Of a DNA stretch of 64,000 bases, positions 57,579 through 64,000 are shown piece after piece (position 1 is the stretch's first letter; every line of letters starts with the position of its first letter). This stretch comes from Spirochaetia bacterium (GTDB taxonomy: Bacteria > Spirochaetota > Spirochaetia > DSM-27196 > Salinispiraceae). Below the pieces are notes generated by a model. It searched no databases and had not been told where the DNA came from. It saw only the letters and a list, made by a program, of their open reading frames with translations. The stretch is from assembly GCA_038204425.1 (NCBI GenBank), contig JBBRCZ010000009.1, forward strand, positions 32,001 to 96,000, read 5' to 3'. Made by a program: the position numbers and the translations under genes.

Positions 57579-60060
57579 GCAGCAGTTTTGGATAGTTCCA
57601 TCTACCCACATAGACTTGGCATGGAAAAAGTCTTCTGCCGAAATGGCCAGTCTTCTCGAGGCTTTTGTAGTTCGCTTGTTGGAGCTGTGCAGACGCTTTC
57701 CAAGCTATCGTTATGTTCTGGAACAAGCGGCACACTATAGACGTTTACAAGGCAAACGCCCGGATTTGATTGCTGGCTTAAAACAAGCCATCGCCAATGG
57801 CCAACTTGAGTTTGTTGGTGGTATGGCGTCGAGTCTGGAGACCAACATGCCTAACGGCGAGTGCTTTGTGCGCAACATGGAGCTAGGGCTAGCCTGGGTG
57901 CGAGACCATCTGGACGCCGAGGTAAAAACTGCCTGGTTAATCGACACCTTTGGTATCAATGCTCAGGTGCCGCAGATTCTTCGCCAGGCCGGGTTTAAAC
58001 ACTTGATGGCCAATCGATTTGGCGCCAAGCTCAGCATAGACACCTTTTGGGCACTAGGACTAGATGGGAGTACCATTTTTGTGCTTGGCTCTGACTGTAT
58101 GTCAGAGCAGGTTAAGCCAGAACATTTGTACTTTAAGTTTTTGTCTACCACCGAACAGATAGGCGCTTTGTTTGAACAGGCAGCTAGTTTGGCCCAGGCT
58201 AATGACCTAGTGGTTATGCCGTATACAGAAAATGAAGACCTGCCATCTGACAGTTTACAAGCGTTTATTGATGTCAGTAATCTTGGCCCGGACAATGAGC
58301 ACCAGTCCTGGCAGTTTGGTTCGCTATCTAATCTATTACCAAAAATCGCTGCTGCTTCGGCCAGCGCCCCGGTTATTTTTGCCGACCTCAACCCCGAGTT
58401 TAGCGCCACTTTTTCGCAGCGCTCCATCATTCGCTTGCACAACCGCAGCCTAGAGGCTTTGCTTTTTGACGCCGAAACTTGGGCAGCGCAGGCCAAGCTG
58501 CCTGAGGCTCGAGCAGCACTTGACGAGCTGTGGTGGAAGATGGCCTTTGTCCAGTTCCACGATGTTTTGACAGGTTCGCACCCCGATCTGGTGTTTACAG
58601 AACTATTGCAGAACTTTACGTCAATTGAAGAACAAGCAACGATTATCCGAAACCAAGCACTTTCTGCATTGACTGACTTTTCTGATGTGTCCAAGTCGTC
58701 CGACTTATCCACTTTGACCGAAGCTGCGACTTACTGTTCTCACCTTGTGGCCAATGCGCTTCCTTTAGCTAGGTTTGCTCGAGTAGATCTTGACTACGAC
58801 AGCAGCCAGGGGCCGGTGACTGAGCTAGTCTTTGGAGATCAATCTATTCCCTTTTTTTACGAGCAGGGGCGGCTGAGCTTTTATGCACACTTGCCGCCAA
58901 TGAGCCTTAGTCCATTTTTGCTCAAGACTAGCCGCAAGACTATCCACAAGACTAGCCGCAAGACCAGCCAAGAGAACTCCGAGCCTGATTTGGTTTTCCA
59001 GCCCGCGCAAAGCTTAGTACTGCAGCAAGATGAGATAGAACTTTCTTTTGAACCCGATAGTCGCCAATTAGTGATAAGTCTCGTTAAAGAAGGTAAGCGT
59101 TACGAATTTTCACGCGGCAGTCTTTTGTTGGTCGAGTCAGATCTTGGCGGTTTTCAGGTAGAAGAACCAAGTGGCAAGGAGTACTTGGCCAGTGACTTTG
59201 CCGTTGAGGCGAGCATAGTTGAAGATCATCCGCTAGGCAAGGCAATGCTGCTTAGAGGATCTTTTTGTGAGCTTGAGTGGCAGGCCGGACTGTTTATTGC
59301 CAAAGGATCGCATTGCATTGAGCTGGCTCTCGACCTTGCGTGGAGCGGGGAGGCAGCCCGGGTTCGGCTAGTTATAGTAAGTGCCATAGAGACAGAGCAG
59401 GGTATTTTTGAAGTGCCGTTTGGCACGCTTGAGCGCGCAAGTTACAGCAGTCTGCCCACCGCCCGTGGCGAGTGGCCAGCGCAACGTTTTGTTGCGTTGC
59501 AAGACCAGACCCACGGTTTGGCACTCATCAATCGAGGTACTGCTGGCCACCAAGTCGACAAGCATAGACTCTTGTGCTCGTTACTGCGCGCGCCCCATGC
59601 CGAGTATGCGGGCATGGTTAAGGATGTCTCAAGCTCGCAACATGGAAAACACCATTTTGACTTTTGTATCAAACCTTATTTTGGAACTTGGCAAGATGCC
59701 ATAATCGCCGAGCTCGCCCAAAGCTTTAATCGCCCTGCCTTTGCTTTTATTCCAGCAAGACCTTGGTTTTTAAATCAAGGAGCTCGCTGGTGCTCACTTG
59801 AGAGCTTGGAAGGTAAGGTGATGTTTTCTGCCTTGCGACAGGCCAGGTCAGGCGAATCCGTGCGCGTAAGTTTATATGAAACCAGCGGAAAACCTGCTAG
59901 AGTTAAGCTGTGGCTCAAGAGTATGAAGCGAGCGGTCAAAAGTGACATTATGGAAAAAGCCTTGCAGGAACTGGAGGTCCAAGACCAGTCGTGTGCTTTA
60001 ACCTTAAAACCGTTTGAAATTGTAACGCTACTTATTGAGACCCAGCAGCAAAGTCTATAA
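57571..60060 (+). CDS. GH38 alpha-mannosidase-like protein
   Basis: THIDLAW, WLIDTFG, QFHDVLTG, FEVPFG, SLLRAP, LYETSG, LKPFEIVTL. Confidence 0.88.
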   Translation: MNKQQFWIVPSTHIDLAWKKSSAEMASLLEAFVVRLLELCRRFPSYRYVLEQAAHYRRLQGKRPDLIAGLKQAIANGQLEFVGGMASSLETNMPNGECFVRNMELGLAWVRDHLDAEVKTAWLIDTFGINAQVPQILRQAGFKHLMANRFGAKLSIDTFWALGLDGSTIFVLGSDCMSEQVKPEHLYFKFLSTTEQIGALFEQAASLAQANDLVVMPYTENEDLPSDSLQAFIDVSNLGPDNEHQSWQFGSLSNLLPKIAAASASAPVIFADLNPEFSATFSQRSIIRLHNRSLEALLFDAETWAAQAKLPEARAALDELWWKMAFVQFHDVLTGSHPDLVFTELLQNFTSIEEQATIIRNQALSALTDFSDVSKSSDLSTLTEAATYCSHLVANALPLARFARVDLDYDSSQGPVTELVFGDQSIPFFYEQGRLSFYAHLPPMSLSPFLLKTSRKTIHKTSRKTSQENSEPDLVFQPAQSLVLQQDEIELSFEPDSRQLVISLVKEGKRYEFSRGSLLLVESDLGGFQVEEPSGKEYLASDFAVEASIVEDHPLGKAMLLRGSFCELEWQAGLFIAKGSHCIELALDLAWSGEAARVRLVIVSAIETEQGIFEVPFGTLERASYSSLPTARGEWPAQRFVALQDQTHGLALINRGTAGHQVDKHRLLCSLLRAPHAEYAGMVKDVSSSQHGKHHFDFCIKPYFGTWQDAIIAELAQSFNRPAFAFIPARPWFLNQGARWCSLESLEGKVMFSALRQARSGESVRVSLYETSGKPARVKLWLKSMKRAVKSDIMEKALQELEVQDQSCALTLKPFEIVTLLIETQQQSL
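58923..58970 (+). repeat. 4 imperfect 12-bp repeats CAAGACTAGCCG within GH38
   Basis: Encodes KTSRKTIHKTSRKTSQ. Confidence 0.85.
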
Positions 60061-60850
60061 CAAGCTTGGCAAATTCAATCGGACACTGCTGGTGGTAGTC
60101 GTGACTGCCACCAGTTATTAAGTGCAAGTGGCAATCGGTAATAATGGCTGCAGCAGCTTGGGCGTGGCCAAAGTCAAAGTAGAGGTCTCTGTTTCCTTGA
60201 AGGATTGAGACCGGCACCATCAACTGGGCAAGTGAAGGGCGCAAGTCGTAGTTTGGGCTCATGACATAACTTGTGCGATGCTGGCTAATCTGGCTCCATA
60301 CCGCGCTTGCATTCTGACCGTGTTGTACCGTGAGATAGTCGCGGGCAGCCTGATCTAGTTCCGGCCAGGCCTGCAATGCCCAATCAGTGCGCGACCGAAT
60401 TTTGGCGTCAGAAAAGAACCCAGTTGCCTCCAGAATCAGGTGACTTACGCGGGATTGATGAGCCTGCGCCCAGGTGGCAGCAATCGCACCACCCATACAA
60501 TGACCCAACATGGCAAACTGAGCCTGCGGGCCAAAACGAAGGTCCACGTCTTCTTGTCCCAAAGTGGCAAGTCCATGCAAAACATGGTCAAACTCAAGAC
60601 TACCCTCAACTATCATATCTTTATCTTGGATTTCGTAGCTATCCTTGTACGATAGCCCATAGCCGCGGCGGTCGTACTCTAGCACGGTAAAGTGCTCACC
60701 TAACGCCGCTCTGAGCGCTTGCCAGCTTTGACTTGAATCAAAGCCGTTGTGGAACAGAACCAAGCCCGGGCCAGAACCACTTATGCGAACAAAAATGTCG
60801 CCAAACAAGTAAAAGCAGCGTTCTTCAGAATGTGAATTTAGTTCTTCCAC
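60032..60850 (-). CDS. Alpha/beta hydrolase with GHCMG nucleophile elbow
   Basis: GSGPGLVLFH, YDRRGYG.S, GHCMGG, QGNRD, SH. Confidence 0.85.
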   Translation of the reverse strand: MEELNSHSEERCFYLFGDIFVRISGSGPGLVLFHNGFDSSQSWQALRAALGEHFTVLEYDRRGYGLSYKDSYEIQDKDMIVEGSLEFDHVLHGLATLGQEDVDLRFGPQAQFAMLGHCMGGAIAATWAQAHQSRVSHLILEATGFFSDAKIRSRTDWALQAWPELDQAARDYLTVQHGQNASAVWSQISQHRTSYVMSPNYDLRPSLAQLMVPVSILQGNRDLYFDFGHAQAAAAIITDCHLHLITGGSHDYHQQCPIEFAKLVIDFAAGSQ

Positions 60851-61524
60851 GGGCTTTCTACGCGGTTTTTTTGGAGAAGCTCAAAATCAATAGTGCGCGC
60901 TTGCTCTTGCTCAATCATTTCGCCTAAACCTTCCATAGCCATGGTCCTTTCTAGCACCTTTAATTCAGTATCGAGGTCGAGCAGGTTGTCTTCCTGCAGC
61001 TTGACCAGCTGAACTTCAAAAGCTTTTATGAGCGTGTGCAAGTGACCTTGCACACGCTGCTGTGACTCCGCAATGGTTGACGACGAGAGACCGTGTGAGC
61101 TCAAGTCACGATGGAGAGTGGCAATTTTAATTACCGTGTCACCATAATAGTCAAGAAATTTGCCGGCCGCACTGGCGTCCTTGGGGTCTTTTTTGACGTC
61201 TTCAACAATCTTGTCAGTTAGCACGGCTAGGCGTTCCAAACACGAACGCACGTCACCTTTGGCTAGCGCCTGAGCCAAAAGTTGGATCTGGTCTCGTTTG
61301 GACCTGGCCTGCATTATGACTTCTCTTGCACGGTTACTGTTTACACCAGCTACTTTGTCTTCTTTTTCTAATCCTTTACCAATCAGAAAAAAGGCGATAA
61401 ATCCACCCACTCCTGATAACAAACCCAGCGGCAAACCAAGATTTAAAACAGCCCAAAAAAGTATAAAAAGAAGTCCGCCACCAAGACCGGCCACTATGCC
61501 AGTTATGCTCTGCTTATCTGCCAT
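60838..61524 (-). CDS. XpaC-like (5-bromo-4-chloroindolyl phosphate hydrolysis family) protein
   Basis: Two N-terminal TMs; KKDPKD..A.KFLDYY, AFEVQLVKL..DNLLDLDTELKVL. Confidence 0.8.
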   Translation of the reverse strand: MADKQSITGIVAGLGGGLLFILFWAVLNLGLPLGLLSGVGGFIAFFLIGKGLEKEDKVAGVNSNRAREVIMQARSKRDQIQLLAQALAKGDVRSCLERLAVLTDKIVEDVKKDPKDASAAGKFLDYYGDTVIKIATLHRDLSSHGLSSSTIAESQQRVQGHLHTLIKAFEVQLVKLQEDNLLDLDTELKVLERTMAMEGLGEMIEQEQARTIDFELLQKNRVESPWKN

Positions 61525-61659
61525 CGGGTAAACCTCCGTAAGTCACGCCCAACAGCTTACTCTATCTGGCCATTTTACGACAAGTTGGTCGGCTATTAGT
61601 CGGCAATTAGTTGCAAGGACTCTTGCTAGCCAGTAGACTAAAAGTGAGAAGGAATAAGC

Positions 61660-62454
61660 ATGGTGCGTGGTCGGCCCTTGCCCGACCGTCTAGGAGCTTC
61701 GTTGCGCCTCTTTGGTGCTGAGTTCCTCTACGGCTGCGGCTTTTTTTTGCAGGTTATGAAAGAGCTCTTTCGTTTTTTTCGCAAGGGCCAAACTGGCTAT
61801 CGCGTGCTCGTTATGCAAATTCTGTTTACGGGATTTGAAGCTCTGTGGGTTGTTAGCGTGCTTTCTTTGGCTCTCGGAACGCTGATAATTATCCAAGGCA
61901 TGAGTCTTTTGCCTCAGTTTGGCCAAGGCCGGTTAATGTATGAACTTTTGGTAATTATAATCACCAGAGAGCTCGGCCCCATGTTAACAGCCTTCATTAT
62001 CATCGCGCGATCGGGAACCGCCATCGCCACCGAGCTTGCCGGCATGGTAGTTAACCATGAAGTCGAAGCCTACATGGCCTTTGGCATTAATCCATTTGCC
62101 TATTTAGTTGTGCCGCGGGTGATCGGGGTTACCTTGTCGATGGTCATCTTAACCGTCTATTTTAGTTTGTTTGGGCTCTTGGGTAGCTGGTTTATCGGCG
62201 CCTTGTTTACGCCATTACCATTTGACGAGTATGTCTCAACCTTGCTCTCCATACTAAAACCAGGTGATATAGGCATCAGCTTGCTCAAGGCCTTTAGTTT
62301 TGGCTTTATCGTGGCGCTTATTTCGTGCTATCAAGGTTTTTCGGTCCATCGTGCCAGCACCGAAGTGCCAGTTGCCGGAATACGCGCAGTTAGCGCTTGT
62401 TTTGTCTGGTGTATTCTGGCAAATGCTGTTCTAACTCTGCTATATTATTGGTAG
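61660..62454 (+). CDS. mlaE: MlaE family ABC transporter permease
   Basis: RELGPMLTAFIIIARSGTAIATELAGMVVNHEVEA...YLVVPR. Confidence 0.92.
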   Translation: MVRGRPLPDRLGASLRLFGAEFLYGCGFFLQVMKELFRFFRKGQTGYRVLVMQILFTGFEALWVVSVLSLALGTLIIIQGMSLLPQFGQGRLMYELLVIIITRELGPMLTAFIIIARSGTAIATELAGMVVNHEVEAYMAFGINPFAYLVVPRVIGVTLSMVILTVYFSLFGLLGSWFIGALFTPLPFDEYVSTLLSILKPGDIGISLLKAFSFGFIVALISCYQGFSVHRASTEVPVAGIRAVSACFVWCILANAVLTLLYYW

Positions 62455-63237
62455 ATGGAAAGTCTAATTGAACTTATAGATGTCACTGTTCGTATCGGTG
62501 ACGCCGAGATATTGTCACACGTCAATTTAAAAGTGCCCCTTGGCAAGACCAGCTTCCTGCTTGGTCCAGCCGGTAGTGGCAAATCGACCTTGATTAAAGT
62601 GATGGCTGGCTTGGTGCCGGTTTCTGAAGGCAAAGTGTTAATAAATGGCGGCAACTATCAGGACATGAGCAACCAAGAAATGGAACAGTTTCGCTCCTAT
62701 GCCGGCTTTGTTTTTCAGGACTCCGCGCTATGGGGCAACCAGAACATCCTCAACAACATGATTTTGCCAATTCGCTACCATGCCCCACATATTAATCTCA
62801 ACTTGATTACCCAAAAGGCCAAAAACCTGCTCAAAAAAGTTGGCTTTAGTGATGAGCTGACGGCGCGACCGGCTGAACTCTCTCACGGCGAACAAAAGCT
62901 GGTCGGTTTGGCTCGTTCCTTGATGACTGACCCGATGATCGTTTTTATGGACTCGCCTTTGAGTTTGGTGGATACCAGTTCTATACGTCGCATAGTCGCT
63001 TTTTTAATGGAACTTAAGGCGGCTCATCGCACCTTAATTTTGGTCAATGATCGTGTGGAGTTTACCTGTGAAGCAGCTGACTATGTGTATATACTTAATG
63101 AAGGTCGTCTTGCTCAATGGGGCAGCTTGGAAGAATTGGTGCCGCAGTGGCCCGACTATCTGGAGCCATTCAATAACGCAGCGCTGACGCATCTTAGAAA
63201 AAGAAATCTGGTCATGGAGTCGTTGCATGAGGTTTAG
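62455..63237 (+). CDS. mlaF: MlaF-like ABC ATP-binding protein (degenerate motifs)
   Basis: GPAGSGKST, GFVFQDSAL, LSHGE, MDSP. Confidence 0.8.
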   Translation: MESLIELIDVTVRIGDAEILSHVNLKVPLGKTSFLLGPAGSGKSTLIKVMAGLVPVSEGKVLINGGNYQDMSNQEMEQFRSYAGFVFQDSALWGNQNILNNMILPIRYHAPHINLNLITQKAKNLLKKVGFSDELTARPAELSHGEQKLVGLARSLMTDPMIVFMDSPLSLVDTSSIRRIVAFLMELKAAHRTLILVNDRVEFTCEAADYVYILNEGRLAQWGSLEELVPQWPDYLEPFNNAALTHLRKRNLVMESLHEV

Positions 63238-64000
63238 GATCAAGTATGCAGATCGAATAGTCGGTCTCTTTATTTTAGTGGCGCTTTTGCTCGTACTTGG
63301 GCTGATGTTTCTCTTAGGTGGCAACCAAAATTGGTTTGTCAAACAGTACCGATTTACCTCGCGCTTTGCTTCGGCTGGCAATATTCCAGTTGGCACTGGT
63401 CTGATGTTTCGTGGATTTGAGATGGGTAAGATCAACTCCGTCAATTTAGCAGAGGACAACCTAGTTGACGTGGTGTTTATGGTTGAAGAAGAATACATTA
63501 GCAGAGTCACAAAGGACTCAGTACTTGAGCTGTCGGTTTCGCCTATTGGACTGGGGACAAGTCTTCTTTTTCATCAAGGGCTTAGTGCCGACCTTGCCGA
63601 AGAGGGTAGCTACATCCCCTCGCTCGACACCGAGGCAGGCAGAGACTTGGTCGGCGCTGGCTTGGTTGACATGGCCAAAAAAGACGACACCATCTCGCGC
63701 CTCTTGGGTAACGTTAACGGCATTCTTGAGAACGCCAACAGAACCATAATTTTGATCAACCAAGCCATTGAGGGTAAGGGTGGTGGAGCTGTCAAAAGCA
63801 TAATGAACAACGCCGACCAGGCGCTGGTTTCACTCAATACTGCACTTTTGGGAGCACAGACTTTGATGACCCAGCTTCAGACCCAGATCGGTGGCGTGCT
63901 AACTCAGACCGACATAGTCATGGGGGACGTCGGGGGTATTACCAAGCAAGTCAATAATGGATTGCCTGACATACTTAAAAAGGTCGACACCATTATGCTC
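63227..64000 (+). CDS. mlaD: MlaD/MCE family protein, truncated by window end
   Basis: Manual translation MRFRIKYADRIVGLFILVALLL...RFASAGNIPVGTGLMFRGFEMGKINSVNL. Confidence 0.85.
   Translation, partial: MRFRIKYADRIVGLFILVALLLVLGLMFLLGGNQNWFVKQYRFTSRFASAGNIPVGTGLMFRGFEMGKINSVNLAEDNLVDVVFMVEEEYISRVTKDSVLELSVSPIGLGTSLLFHQGLSADLAEEGSYIPSLDTEAGRDLVGAGLVDMAKKDDTISRLLGNVNGILENANRTIILINQAIEGKGGGAVKSIMNNADQALVSLNTALLGAQTLMTQLQTQIGGVLTQTDIVMGDVGGITKQVNNGLPDILKKVDTIML

Noticed and set aside
57963..58712. 249-aa antisense ORF
   Set aside because: Lies wholly opposite the GH38 gene, with no recognisable motif or RBS.
61588..61612. Two 11-bp repeats GTCGGC(T/A)ATTA between xpaC-like and mlaE
   Set aside because: Too short to distinguish an operator from chance duplication.

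Overview
Bacterial chromosomal window, probably from a Spirochaetota member (inferred from the MlaE/MlaD, Pgi and lipoprotein styles; not proven). From left to right: (1) 1-8.1 kb is a decaying accessory zone with a pseudogenised P-type ATPase, an MBL-fold remnant, two back-to-back damaged vapBC loci, an Rpn/PD-(D/E)XK nuclease, a small secreted protein and a GH18 hydrolase. (2) 8.15-25.3 kb is a complete aryl polyene (APE)-type type II PKS cluster with an MIO ammonia-lyase and a PPTase embedded antisense. (3) 25.4-29 kb holds ZIP and UvrA-like remnants, a TetR/lipase pair and ppk2. (4) 29.1-39.7 kb is a non-canonical Pel exopolysaccharide locus: pelDEFG, a divergent ~1190-aa CBM-like/TPR/beta-barrel protein and a convergent LamG lipoprotein, with no pelA or pelC nearby. 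(5) HDOD, serC, a lipase, an unannotated 56-aa protein and pgi follow. (6) A REC-PP2C/STAS/hybrid kinase/AraC signalling block comes next. (7) A ROK-regulated glycan catabolic operon lacks permeases. (8) The window ends with a Cys-nucleophile hydrolase, an XpaC-like gene and mlaE-mlaF-mlaD running off the edge. No rRNA, tRNA, CRISPR array or intact IS element was seen. The best candidates for undescribed biology are the Pel variant, the APE cluster architecture, a possible intragenic antitoxin in the Rpn gene and the ROK operon. All family calls come from motif recognition by eye, with no database searches.
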